From assembly GCF_009914755.1 (NCBI RefSeq), contig NC_060935.1: DNA of 64,000 nucleotides, one strand, 5' to 3'. The stretch is from the human T2T-CHM13v2.0 reference genome, Homo sapiens. A program made the translations under genes and the position numbers. Numbering within the stretch: position 1 is the stretch's first letter; each line of letters opens with the position of its first letter. The notes under the pieces are model-generated. The model did not search any database, was not told the DNA's origin, and worked only from the letters and a program-made list of their open reading frames with translations. This document shows, piece after piece, positions 43,245 to 58,840 of the stretch.

Positions 43245-43732
43245 GTAAATAAGATTACTTTATTCCTGCATCTTGATTGTTTCTTCCTTATATTTTCCCT
43301 TTCCCTTTCCCACTTGGCAAGAATTGGCTTTCTGTTCAAGGATCTTTTTGCATCTTTGTCCAGCTTTAGCCTGGTGATAACTGCCCTGCTGCGGTGAATG
43401 CCCACATGGGTGGTTTTGCAATTAGCTTTTTTTCCACTGCACCTGTTCAATGTAGATGACATATTTCATCCTGTAAACCTGGATTACTTTGCCAATTTGC
43501 TGACCTTTATAGTGTCCTCACACAACTGAACTTCATCATCCTTTCAGATGGGCATGGATTGAACATCGTACTCTGTCTTAGCTCTTTGGAAAGAAGGGAA
43601 AATGTAATCCTCCTGAGAATGTGGGAAGGCTTATTGAAATGTCCTTTATGGTTCTTGATTCAGTCTATAGTGATAAATGGATTGAATTTCATTTTGGTCA
43701 CTGCCACTTCGGCGATGGCCACAAAAAAAGAG
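43245..43732 (-). pseudogene. RPL26P (parent RPL26): Processed pseudogene of ribosomal protein L26 (uL24)
   Basis: Intronless; pyrimidine-rich TOP 5' end at 43732; ATG at 43692 (MKFNPF..), [15 protein letters not shown], stop at 43260-43262; TGA at codon 11 and several frameshifts; probable TSD gactattt at 43237-43244 and 43735-43742. Confidence 0.95.
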
Positions 43733-44901
43733 ATGACTATTTTTATAGTAATTAGTCTGGTTATCCGAAGGTGAGAGATGCCTCTCAATTCATGTTTCAT
43801 TTTTTGCCTATGGATGTGGGGCGGTAACTTTAGCCCATTCCTTTCTTCTCCACATTAGGGGCTGAATGGATGGCCCACCCAATAACCCCATCAGTTCACC
43901 CAGATAGGTCCCTGAGCCTCACTTTTGCAAACCTCAGATTTGCTTACAGCAATCTGAAGCAAATAGTTTGGGGGCGACTATGAGGCAGTTCTTACATGTT
44001 TCAATAATGCTTGGTGGAATTTTGTTGTACCCCTTCCACCCATGTGTCCAATTATACCATACAGGACAAGGTGAATGAAGATGTTTTATTTTCAAGGTTC
44101 AGTAGGGAAGTATGTTTGAAATTGGTTGAGGACTCTAAGCTCTTTCCCCCCGCCAACAAAAAAAAATATTTCTGGGAAATATATTTCTGTCTTCTATATA
44201 ATGATCATGGCTGTTTGTTGTATGAATGTGACAGAAGCTGCAAGAAAAATGAGTAATCAGATGCCAATACCACCTCTGACACCCCTAGATCAGCAAAAAA
44301 GTGCAAGTGGTTTGTCTGCTAATAGCTGGAAATTGTGCTACAAGTATGTGTTGTCGGAAACTTTAAAATCACAAATATGTATGTTTAAATATTAGTATGT
44401 AGATAGATGATAATACTGCTGTAGTTGGCTGAAAGGGAAAGAAAAGTCACCATGATGTTAACACAGCAAAGCTATCATCCATCATGAAGGAAATGCTTAG
44501 ATGCTCACAATAAAAGAATTGAAGTTAGAAACACGGATTATTATGAATACAGCAGATGATGTTAAGGTACAGTGTTTAGGGAGAATGTATCCGACAGCCC
44601 CAAGGATTTGGTTGAGACAGAGCTGCTGGCTATTTCTTTATATTTTTTGTTGTTGTTTTGCTGCCATAGAAGCCTCAGTCCCTAGGATAGAGAGGGCATC
44701 TCTGTTGTCAGCCTGTGATACAAGCTTTAGCAGCACCAAACTGCCACGGGGCTGCCCCCAGCTTTCCTGAGATACAGTGGGGAGATGCTTTGTGCAGTTC
44801 CCCCACACAATGCATCAGAAACATGGGCTCTGGGGCTCTGGGGACCACACAGGAGCTATGGGGAAGGAGGCTGAAGTAGCCAAGAGTAATGATGGGGAGG
44901 T

Positions 44902-44902
44902 T

Positions 44903-44941
<39 letters not shown>

Positions 44942-44945
44942 TTTT
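44902..44945. repeat. (TTTA)n microsatellite, ~10 units
   Basis: Seen directly. Confidence 0.95.
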
Positions 44946-46128
44946 CAGAAACCGAGAATTCCTATGTGAAATTGTTATTGTGCTGAATATGACCCCACAT
45001 TTTCTTTTGGAAATCCAAACCAGACACTATCTTATACAGACCCCTGACATGTGAGGTGATCATCAGGAGTTTGCAGAGACTTATGGTCAGTGCAAGACCC
45101 AGAGGTTTTCATTCCAGCTCCCATTATCAAGAAAAGGTGTAAATAGCCCATCGTCCTCACCCATTTCTGTGCTGTGGAATCCCTGGTTGCAGAGTATTTC
45201 AAAGTATACTGATCATAGGTTGATAGCGGTAAAGGATAAAATTGGGAGTGTACATGAAAAGGTAAAATCTGTTCTTCCTACTCAGATGATTCATTGTAGT
45301 AATCAGCATCGGGTGGATTCTCATCACTTGGAGACTCACTCATGTCTTGCCGGAGCTCTTACAAAGTGTTGCTAAGGTAGGACACTGCTGGTGCAGGTAG
45401 GGATAGTTCACAAGGCTCAGGGTCTTTCTTTCAGAAAAAAAGATACAGAGGAGAGATGTTTCTTTTTTCTTTTTTTTTCCAGCACATGGTTGTTACCCAA
45501 AGTTATTTTACTGAATTAGTTTAATTTTTTTTTTTTGATGGAAACTAATGAGGTGGTGGCATTCATATAAGAAATTCACTTTTTTGAGTATACTTATGAC
45601 TGTATATGTACTTCCATCTCTTTGTTACCAGAGAAAATATAAAAACGCAAATACATGACAATGCTATAAATACTGTAATAACCTGGAATCACATCTAATC
45701 TACAAAATAATTTTTAATTAAAAAGTAAATCATCTGAAAATAAAGAGATGTTTCTATTAATGTGGCCATGGTGGATGGGAAAGCTCTGTTTCTGAGAGGT
45801 CATCAACGCCCCCAAATGGTTTTTGTACTTTCATACTCTGATTATTATTACAAGATGACAAATATGAGGATGCTCCTGGGTTGACTCATATCTGTGGCAA
45901 ACACCATGTAACTTGTAGTAATAAACACCCATGCAATTGCACACATTCAGGATGATTCAGCTGTCTGTCATCACAGCATGAAAAGTGGCCTACACTGTTT
46001 CTCCCTCCTCTGGGCCGCTTCAGATTGGCACAGTGGAAAAACACCACCACAGAGATTAGCTTTCAAGAGAGACACGGAGTGGTGAGTGCTTTTGGTGCAC
46101 TTCCTCAAAGACACAGGAATGAAAGTTT

Positions 46129-47300
<1,172 letters not shown>

Positions 47301-47497
47301 GAGGGAGAGCTTGGGGACCAATTTTAATAATATTTAAATGCATTTATTGCTACTGATTTTCAAGACTGTTTACAACCACAATTCAAAGTCTTAGGATGAG
47401 TACATTACAGTAGACAGTTACTTAGTGAGAGATTGCTCTGAACCTGATGCCTCGGGAAGGATGTCAATATCCACAGAGCCCCACTCTCCTGACTGCA

Positions 47498-48510
<1,013 letters not shown>

Positions 48511-49090
48511 CCCTGACTGCATTTTTATTCCCTGAAGCTAAACACATTTCCACAGGCCTTGAGTTTTCTGGGGAATATGGGACACGTTCCCCACTTAAAA
48601 AAAAAAAGTTTCAAAATCAGAAATATGTAGGTATCATGACAGTTCTGAAATATTATAGCTGTCAGATGATACTAGCTGACAGAGGAAAGATTTCCCAGTG
48701 ATATGAAAAGAATAAGTTGTTTCATCAGTAGACAAAGTTATGGCATTACAATAAGAATATATAGATTCTGAATACAGCTGGTATTCTATAATGTAAAGTC
48801 ATTACTTAGACGACTTGTAATGAAAGATACAAAATATATCTTTCAAATATATGTGCAGTGAGGGTGAGTCTCTAGTGAAGCATGCTGTCCTCTCTCTCTC
48901 TATTCTACCTGGCTTCTATGTTTGTGTGTGTGAGTCTATCCTCTTACTCCATGCATGCTGGCTTTTTTACTCCCACATGGCCTCCTCTGCTTGGAAGGAT
49001 CATTTCATCCTAGTTTTCCAAGGACTGAGGTTTCTAGCAAGAAATGCCACGATGACATTTCCATATGACATGCCTACATGATCAATGGAG

Positions 49091-49517
49091 TGTCAACCTA
49101 AGTAACAAACAGAGAGAGGCTCTCTAAAAGAAAAATGATATTTATTCAAGAATAGGGCATTGCAATGGGAATATCTGTGACATGGTAAACTATGTGCATA
49201 TTCAAGGAGGTAAAGGCAGATGAAGGGTTTTAAAGAAAAAGTTGGGGGGAATTACATAATTGTTTTGAGATAATTATTCTTGGCTACAAGGATCAATAAC
49301 AAAAGTGGCACCAGATCAGGCTGGCTGGCAGTTTCTAGGGAGATGTCCTTGCAGGAGTATTTTTTGTGTGTGAGGTTGCAATGGCCTTTGTGCAAGGTTG
49401 TGGTTTTTTGTTATCAGCCATTTGTGCATGAGAGCTCTCTCTTCATGGCCTTCCCTGGTTCTGTTTGTCAGGGTTCTTAACACAAGTGACCCTGTTTTGA
49501 TTCTGACAACTTTCACA
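49091..49517 (-). mobile_element. MER31-like ERV1 solo LTR
   Basis: TG...CA termini; ends ttttgattctgacaactttcaca. Confidence 0.75.
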
Positions 49518-51255
49518 AGAGGCACAATGGCCTGGGAATGTAATGGTTATTATCGTCTAGGGCTTCTATTATCTTCACCTGTTTCAAAGAGGGGAGCCAG
49601 AGTGCTGGGATTGGATTTAAACAACCTGGGAGGTGATTTATACCAGGACTATGGTCAATTCCATTCTCTTCGGGATTGGTTTTCTAAGTCAGCATGAATT
49701 AGTCTTGCCTCTGGAACCCAAGGATTCCTGTTTGTGGGGGCATTGAATAAATGCTATCTGCTTACACTAATGGTTCAAAGACTGGAGAGATGATGCCTGA
49801 TGTTCACAGCACAGGTTTCTATTACTTTCAGGAAAAAGAGGAAGAACACTCACATATTAATAATGGTAATTCTGCAGACACTGAAAAACATCATTTTGAT
49901 CTTGGAAAGGCCAAATTGTATTCACTCTAATGGACAGGTTTGTCTGCCCTGCTCTCAAGTGTTGGTGGAAAGCTAATATTTATGCTCTACTGCACACAGG
50001 CAAAGATCTGTCAGCAGACTCCTCTATGTTTATAAAGCCATAGTGGGGACTTGCTGTGCTTTAAGAGTAAATGTAGTCTGCAAGTGGCTGATAACATTCC
50101 TGAGATTTGTGAAGTTTGGCGTTTTAAAGACATTCCCACAGAGCTTTTGGTGATTATGTTCACCAACTCAACTGTAAGCAGGAAGCTTTTTTCCTAGCTG
50201 CACTGAGATTATCAGACTGTAAACAGAATATTTTGAGGGTTATTGCTTTAAAGAGTGGTTGCTTTGAACCCGCGAAGTATTAGTAAAATTGCTGCTGGAG
50301 GGGGAAGGTTGAGCTATGGTCAGATCTTTCCGATATGACTTTAGTGAGAAGTCTGGAAGTTTGCAACTATCAGTTTTCACCTTCTTAGCGTATGTCCTCT
50401 TGAAAAATTCAATTCAGAGATGATGATGTGGCTTTAGTTTGTGGAAGGATGCCAAAAACTCCACATGAACTCTAGCAAGTATCTTCAGAGCCTGCTTAAC
50501 TGCAGCATACATTACAGAATAGGAGTCTTTAGCATGCCTGGCCCCGAGACTGTCAGCATCACAGTGGAGGATTGGCACCCATCTCTAGGTAATTACCCAG
50601 GTGAACACTCTAGTGAATTGTCACCTAGGCATCACACTGAGAGTTATTTCTGCACACCCCAAGTATTATAGCTCTATGACATAATGGTTCTCAAGATAAT
50701 GGTGTCACACTGAACACTGGGAAAGGGCAGCAAAGCCAGTTTTGACAAGTTAAAGACCCCTGGGTCTGATTATTTCAAAAAGAGGGAGAATGAAGCCTCC
50801 AGCTTTGTTGTGCAGCAGCAGGCCATGGTTTGTGATAAAGACAGCAAGGGATGAAGAAAAAGGTGAAAAAGAAACTCTGCAAGGTGGCCCTATCTGTGTG
50901 ATTATTATGACTGTAAAGCGTGCTCTTCTGGCTGCTGAATCCTTTGGAAGGCAGTGATATACTAGCCAAGCTCTTTAATTCTGGAATCAGCTTTGTGGGT
51001 GTGTATGTGTGTAAGGCAAACCTAATGGGAAATAGAGATAAGGTGTTATCAGAGATTTGTTTCTAAAGAAAATTATCTGGTGCTACCAGTCTTTATAGGC
51101 AAGCTATATATCTAATCTATGGAGGACTTCCTGCGATATTTAATCGTGCAGGGCAGTGAATTTATGAACAGGTTGGTGTAGACAATTGTTAAAATCAAAA
51201 CAGGACTTCATCAATTATGTCATGCCAACAACGTCATGATCCTTAGCCATATTCT

Positions 51256-52470
51256 TTTTTATTATTATCATATGTGAAGTTCTGGGATACATGTGCAGAA
51301 CATGCAGGTTTGTTACATAGGCATACATGTGCCATGGTAGTTTGCTGCACCCATCAACCCGTCATCTACATTAGGTATTTCTCCTAATGCTACCCCTCCC
51401 CTTATCCCCCAACCCCCAACAGGCCCTGGTGTGTGATGTTCCCCTCCCTGTGCCCATATGTTTTCACTGGGTGGACTCCCACTTATGAATAAGAACATGC
51501 GGCGTTTGGTTTTCTGTTCCTGTATTAGGTTGCTGAGAATTATGGTTTCCAGCTTTATCTATGTCCCTGCAAAGGACATGAACTCATCCTTTTCTATGGC
51601 TGCACAGTATTCCATGGTGTATATGTGTCACATTTTCTTTATCCAGTCTAACATTGACGGACATTTGGGTTGGTTCCAAGTCTTTGCTATTGTGAATAGT
51701 GCTGCAATAAACATACGTGTGCATGTGTCTTTATAGTAGAATGATTTATAATCCTTTGGGTATATACCCAGTAATGGGATGGCTGGGTCAAATGGTATTT
51801 CTAGTTCTAGATCCTTGAGGAATTGCCACACTGTCTTCCACAATGGTTGAACTAATTTATACTCCCAGCAACAGTGTAAAAGCGTTCCTATTTCTCTACA
51901 TCCTCTCCAGCATCTATTGTTTCCTGACTTTTTAATGATCACCATTCTAACTGTCATGAGATGGTATCTCATTGTGGTTTTGATTTGCATTGCTCTAATG
52001 ACCAGTGAGGATGAGCTTTTTTTCATATGTTTGTTGGCTGCATAAACATCTTCTTTTGAAAAGTGTCTGTTCAGATCCTTTGCCCACTTTTTGATGGGGT
52101 TGTTTTTTTCTTATAAATTTGTTTAAGTTCCTCGTAGATTCTGGATATTAGCCCTTTGTCAGATGAGTAGATTGCAAAAATTTTCTCCCATTCTGTAGGT
52201 TGCCTACTCACTCTGATGGTAGTTTCTTTTGCTGTGCAGAAGTTCTTTAGTTAAATTAGATCCCATTTGTCAATTTTGGCTTTTGTTGCCATTGCTTTTG
52301 GTGTTTTAGTCATGAAGTCTCTGTCCATGCCTATGTCCTGAATGGTATTGCCTAGGTTTTCTTCTAGGGTTTTTATGGTTTTAGGTCTTACGTTTAAATC
52401 TTTAACCCATCTTGAGTTAATTTTTGTATAAGGTGTAAGGAAGGGGTCCAGTTTCAGTTTTCTGCATATG
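51256..52470 (-). mobile_element. 5'-truncated L1PA (PA7/8-like), ORF2 C-terminus and 3'UTR
   Basis: Minus-strand peptides [14 protein letters not shown] and KIDKWDLI; TSD tccttag(c/t)catattct at 51240-51255 and 52471-52486. Confidence 0.95.
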
Positions 52471-53021
52471 TCCTTAGTCATATTCTAAATGTATTCCGGC
52501 CATGGCAAGGAAAACCTCACTATCAATGTAATCACAAAATACACAATTCTTTTTAATGTCTGCCTAAGACAAATTCCAGATATCTGCATAGGTCAGATAA
52601 ATATACTCCATTCACGCATGCTTCCTCTGGAAGCTTTCCATGGTGGCTCCTAGTTGCCCCTGCACAGACCTCCAGGTAAATTAAATATACTGGAGATTCC
52701 TTGACATATTGATTCCTTGGCAAACTCCCATGGAAAGCAGGTGTCTTTGAGCCCAACTGGCTGGCTCTGAGTGTCTCAAGGAAGTGTTCATTCTGGGAAG
52801 CTGAAAGGAAGGAAACGTTCCAGCAGTCTGTGGCCACATACCTTCGCATGGTGCAGACTCAGCAATGTCTGATGATGTGCTAAGGAATCTGGATTTATTG
52901 AAGTTACTTATGCGAGCATCCACAAAACAAAGTAAAGCTATAATTAATCTAAATTCTGTAATCTCAGGGATTGCTCCTGACACACCGTAGGGTAAAAGCT
53001 ATCAACCAAAGCCAGGTCTGC

Positions 53022-53235
53022 ATTTTAAAAACTGATACATAATAGATGTACATATTTGGGCATGCATGTGATATTTCATACATTTATATAATGTGTAAAG
53101 ATCAAATCAGGGAAATTGGGATATCTATCACCTTAACTATTTATCTTCTCTTTGTACTAGGAGCATTTGATTTATTCCCTTCTTGCTATTTTGAAATGTA
53201 TAAGGTATTAATGTTAACTATAGTCACCCTACTGT
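53022..53235 (-). mobile_element. L1MA 3' fragment
   Basis: tgatacataatagatgtacatattt...ttaactatagtcaccctactg. Confidence 0.8.
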
Positions 53236-53468
53236 CAATCAGCACTTTAAACAAAGGTTGGCACTGACTAAAAGTTTGGTGAGACAGTAGGATTCCTCAA
53301 ATATTAGCAAGTTCTAGTGTCCCTGTGTTTCTCAGACTTCTGACCACTTGTTAGTGGAATATAACAAGTTGTATCTGGTGAAGAAACTGTCATCAGGTAG
53401 AACAAATAAGAACACACAACTACTTCCTCTACAAAGGAAAATATGATTACTTTGACCCACAATCTAGA

Positions 53469-53796
53469 TCTGTGCTGATCAATGCAGCAGCCACTAGACA
53501 TACAGAGCCACCAAGCACTTGAAATGTGACTTGTCCAAAGTGAGATGTACTCTGAGTATAAAATACACACCGGAATTCAATAGCATTAAAAAAGAATGTA
53601 AAATATTCCATTCATGATTTTTTATTTTGATTACATATGGAAATAATCTTTTTGTATATTTGATTGATAAAAATATATCATTACATTTAATTTCTCCTGT
53701 TTCTTTTCACTTTTTAAGTATGGCTACTAGAAAAATTTCAATTACCTTTGTGGCTTGCATTTGTGACTCACATTATATTTTTAGTGGATAGCACTT
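53469..53796. mobile_element. MER33-like hAT-Charlie element
   Basis: gcagccactag...gcacttgaaatgtg...tgtggcttgcatt...ggatagcact. Confidence 0.75.
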
Positions 53797-55510
53797 GATT
53801 GAGAAATTTCATCCTGCTCTGTTTTAAATAGAGTGGGAAAGATAAAGTCTACAGTTGTGCTTAACATCAACTCTTGGTTAGTAGTGTGGTCAAACAGAGG
53901 AGATGCTTAGATTTGTCTTTCCTGAAAGTCAGTGTATACCACCTGCCCATACTACATTCTGGGAGCACCAAACTTGATCTGCATCTGCAGAAATCTTGGA
54001 CAGTGTAAATTGATGCTACAGAGAAAACCCAAGACTGCTACTGAACAAGATGCAGCCATACAACCAAATGGCTGTCAGGTCAGTGGAGGGATGTGTCCAG
54101 TGTGTTATTGTTGACCTGGATTGCTTTGTCATGCAAGCTGGCACAGGCAAGTACTAGCCCAGGGAGGGACACATCCATCATGGCTTAACCATGCTCACAG
54201 GCTTCACTGAGCAGAGAAAACATACGCAGTAGAGGCATGAATGAATGTGCAGCTTCCCAAACATGCTCATCTGGTGTCTCTGGGAAAGTAAAAGATGATC
54301 ACAGCTGCTAAGAGGGAAAAGCTTGGGTTTTTATTTTTTAAGGAAAGATCATTTTTATGCATTCTGCTTTTCTTCTTTTAAAACAAAATGAAATAAATTT
54401 CTTAATTTATTAGTGTGGGAGAAGGTATGAGTTTGAGGAAAAGGTGAAAAATTGCTCATAAGGAAACAAAATAAAATGCTATGAGTGCATTTATGACTGA
54501 CAGATTATAATCTTCCTTATTACAACAATTGATGGAACTCCTGTTGGGGGATACATTTCTTTGAGAGTGGAAGATTGGCAGGAGCAGTCTATTATTGCTA
54601 CAGCATTGGTTGTTTCATTTATAAAATAAAATGACCATCCTGTTATTTAGACAGAGGAAGTTAAAATACATTTTGCCTTCTGGCTAAGACAAAAATCTTG
54701 CCAATATTGTCATAAGAAATGAACGTTTAAAAACCACTGTAATATAACTATGTGTTATGGAATGTGGAATATTCTTATTCTGAAATCTTTTATTTATTTT
54801 TATTATTTTATTTTCCAGAGAATAAATGTAATACCTGCTGTTCTGAAATGTTACTGTTATTTTACTTTAAAAGAGATTATGAAGTATTATTTTTTAGCAA
54901 AGTATCCAAAGAAGAAAAAAAAACAGTTGTTTTATAGGAATGAGCTTGAAGAAGCCAAAATTTGTAATAATTTAAATATCAAGCTGAAATAATAACAAAC
55001 CAAGTAAACTGAAGTCCACAAGCCATAGTGATCCTCAAAAAGGGGAGGGGAGGGATAAGACAAAGCTCTTTTCTCCTCCCTTCAGGTTGCCAGTTCACAC
55101 AATATAAAGCTCTTTTTTACAGAAGAATACTAGTTGATGAATGTAGAAGGACTAATGGAATTAGAGTCACTATTTTCAAATGTTTAATATAATAATGGAT
55201 CCAGGCATGCATTATCAATGGTTGTTAAAATCAGTAACTGAAAGTTGGTTGCAAAAGACGATATTTTCATGGTGCCAAAGTCTCAGCTTATAGATTTTTG
55301 ACAAATGTAAAAGCAAAACTATACCTTTGTAATGAAGGAAACTGATGCTTACTCCCTTAATCCAGTGATAAAACTCAGATCACTAACTGGGATCACATGA
55401 CATCCTGGGCCTCCTGATGAAGCATACAACTTTGTCTATGAAATGTTCTTGCCAAAAATGTTTATTCTGAATCTAATCAAGCCTAGAAACTACACTATTC
55501 AATACAGGAA

Positions 55511-58400
55511 TGTAAGGGAGAAAGGTTTTCCACAACCCTATTTGGGTCCCTGGCTGGGTCTGGAAATAGAGCTGGCAGACACATTAACAGGAGAAGAGCA
55601 AACACATGTTGTATTAGTCCGTTTTTATGCTGCCGATAAAGACATATCTGAGACTGGGAAGAAAAGGAGGTTTAATCTGACTTCCAGTTCCACATGGCTG
55701 AGGAGGTCTCAATCATGGCAGCGAGCAAAAGGCACTTCTTACATGGCAGCGGCTTCTTCCTCATTTTTGCAGCAAATGGCAGCAGCAAGAGAGAAAACAT
55801 GAGGAAAAAGCCCTAATAAACCCATCAGATCACTGGACACTTATTCACTATCACGAGAATAGCACGGGAAGGACCATCCCCATGATTCAATTACCTCCCC
55901 CTGGGTCCCTCCCACAACACGTGAGAATTCTGGAGATAAAATTCAAGTTGAGATTTCAGTGGAGACATGGCCAAGCCATGTTATTCCACCCCTGGCCCCT
56001 CCAAATCTCATGTCCTCACATTTCAAAATCAATCATGCCTTTTCAACAGTCCCCCAAAGTCTTAACTCATTTCAGCACTAACCCAAAAGTCTATAGTCCA
56101 AAGTCTCATCTGAGACAAGGCAAGTCCCTTCCGCCTATGAGCCTGTAAACTGAAAAGCAAGCTAGCTACTTCCTAGACAAAATGGGGTTATAGGTATTGG
56201 GTAAATGCAGCCATTCCAAATGAGAAAAAATTTGCCAAAACCAAAGGGTTACAGGGCCCATGCAAGTCCAAAATTCAGCAGAGCAGTCAAATCTTAAAGC
56301 TCCACAATGATCTCCTTTGACTCCAGGTCTCACATCCAGGTCATTCTGATGCAAGAGCTGGGTTCACATGGTCTTGGGCAGCTCCACCCTGTGGCTTTGC
56401 AGGGTACAGCCTCCCTTCTGGCTGCTTTCACGGGCTGGCACTGAGTGTCTGCAGCTTTTCCAGACACACAGTGGAAGCTGTCAGTGGATCTATCATTCTG
56501 GGGTCTGAAGGATGGTGGCCCTTTTCTCACAGTTCCACTAGGCAGTGCCCCAGTAGGGATTCTGTGTGGGGGCTCCCATTCCACATTTCCCTTCCACACT
56601 GCCCTAGCAGAGGTTCTCCATGAGAGCCCCGCCCCTGCAGCAAACTTTTGCCTGGGCATCCAGGCATTTCCATATATCTTCTGAAATCTAAGTGTATGTT
56701 CCCAAACCTCAGTTCTTGACTTCTGTGCACCCGCAGGCTCAAGACCAAATGGAAGCTGACAAGTTTGGGACTTCCACCCTCTGCAGCCATGGCCGGAGCT
56801 CTGTGTTGGCCCCTTTCAACCACAGCTGGAGTGGCTGGGACACAGGGCACCAAGTCACTAGGCTGCACATAGTATGGGGACCCTGGGCCCAGCCCACAAA
56901 ACCGTGTTTTCTTCCTGGGCCTCCAGACCTGTGATGCGAGGGGCTGCTGGGAAGTTCTTTGACATGGCCTGGAGACATTTTCCCCATGGTCTTGGGGATT
57001 AACGTTAGGCTCCTTGCTACTTATGCAAATGTCTGCAGCTGGCTTGAATTTCTCCCAGAAAATGGGTTTTTGTTTTCTATCACATAGTCAGGCTGCAAAT
57101 TTTCCAAACTTTTATGCTCTGCTTCCCTTATAAAACCAAATGCCTTTAACAGCACCCAAGTTACCTCTTGAATACTTTGCTGCTTAGAAATTTCTTTCTC
57201 CAGATATTCTAAATCATCTGTCTCAAGTTAAAGTTCCATAAATCTCTAGGGCAGGGGCAAAATGCTGCCAGTCTGTTTGCTAAAACATAATAAGAGTGAC
57301 CTTTGCTCCACTTCCCAACAAGTTCCTCATCACCATCAGAGACCGCCTCAGCCTGAATTTTATTGTCCATATCACTATCAGCATTTTGGTCAAAGCCATT
57401 CAACAAATCTCTAGGAGGTTCCCAACTACCCCACATTTTCCTGTCTTCTTCTGAGCCCTCCAAACTGTTCCAACCTCTGCCTGTTACCCAATTCCAAAGT
57501 TGCTTCCACATTTTCAGGTATCTTTTCAGCAACACCCCACTCTACTGGTACCAATTTACTGTATTAGTTAATTTTCATGCTGCCGATAAAGACATACCCG
57601 AGACTGGGAAGAAAGGAGGTTTAATTTGACTTAACTTCCACATGGCTGGGGAGGTCTCATAATCATGGCAGAAGGTGAAAGGCACTTCTTACGTGGTAGC
57701 AGCAAGAGAGCAAAAATGAGGAAAAAGCAAAAGCAGAAACCCCTAATAAACCCATCAGATCTCCTGAGATTTATTCACTATCATGAGAATAGCACAGGAA
57801 AAGACCAGCCCCCGTGATTCAATTACCTTCCCCTGGGTCCCTCCCACAACACGTGGGAATTCTGGGAGATACAATTCAAGGTGAGATTTCAGTGGGGACA
57901 CAGCCAAACCATATTACATGTATTTGAGAAATTTTACATGATATGGGAGGCTTCATAAGGAAATGTAGATGCAATGAAACAGGGAAATCTGCACACGTTG
58001 TAAGCTAAGTGTGATGAAGAAAAGGATAGTTGTAGAGAAACGTGATTGGACAAAAAGAGATATGATCTAATGACAATAAACTGGGGAAAATTCAGCAAGG
58101 CCTGCTTGTCTCCGATTGTTTTCTGTGTCTCTGTGTCTTCAGAGATGAGGGCATTCCTTTCCTCCTGGTATGAGGAGGACCCCTCTAGAATGAGAATTTA
58201 TGACCTATTTTCAGGGAAAAGTCACATATGGCTTGCTTCGTGGGAAAAGGGGCAAGGGAAATCCAGTTTCTAAGGCCTGCCTCAGGAGAGGATGGGGGGA
58301 AGGTCAAAGAGACCTACTCTTCTGTGGTTTTCTCAGTTTCCTTCAGCTTAAAATCCTCAGCATGCCAAGGTGCCATATTTTGGGATAGTAGGTTCTATGT
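55511..58400 (-). mobile_element. MER39/MER34-group ERV1 LTR split by THE1C
   Basis: Sequence is continuous across the catgt TSD; ends gccaaggtgccatattttggg. Confidence 0.6.
55610..57916 (-). mobile_element. Complete THE1C-like MaLR provirus (LTR 55610-~55984, internal region, LTR 57560-57916)
   Basis: Two homologous LTRs around a ~1.58-kb internal region; perfect 5-bp TSD CATGT at 55605-55609 and 57917-57921. Confidence 0.95.
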
Positions 58401-58402
58401 CC

Positions 58403-58628
58403 TGGCAGTAGCTACTGGTTATATGTGGCTATTGAGCAATTAGAATGAGGCTTGCTTGAATTGAGATGTGGTAAAGTGTAAAATACTGGACTTTGATATC
58501 TTACTATGAGAAAAAAAGAATGTAAAAATACCTCAAGTTAATTACATGTCAAAATGATAATGTTTTGGATAGGTTGGGTAAAATGAAACATATTATTAAA
58601 GTTAATTTTACCTGTTTCATTTTACTTT
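58403..58628. mobile_element. MER3/MER33-like fragment
   Basis: gtagctactggttatatgtggctattgagca...attttacctgtttc. Confidence 0.65.
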
Positions 58629-58840
58629 CCAAAGCCTTAAAGTTTTAACAGCTGTATCACATTTCAGGATTTCAAGAGTCTTAATTGATTGAAGATAGAA
58701 GAAATTGGCATTTGCATCACTCTCCCCAGCTGTACCTTCACAGACCTGGACATATATGGTCACTGTAATTAAGTGACAACTCATAAATGTCCCTTAAGGG
58801 TGGGAAGTGTTGATCTGGCTGACAGGACAGACTCACATTT

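Noticed and set aside
43181-43462. 93-aa minus-strand ORF as a novel RPL26-like protein
   Set aside because: It is a chance open frame across frameshifts of the pseudogene; only the central part matches RPL26.
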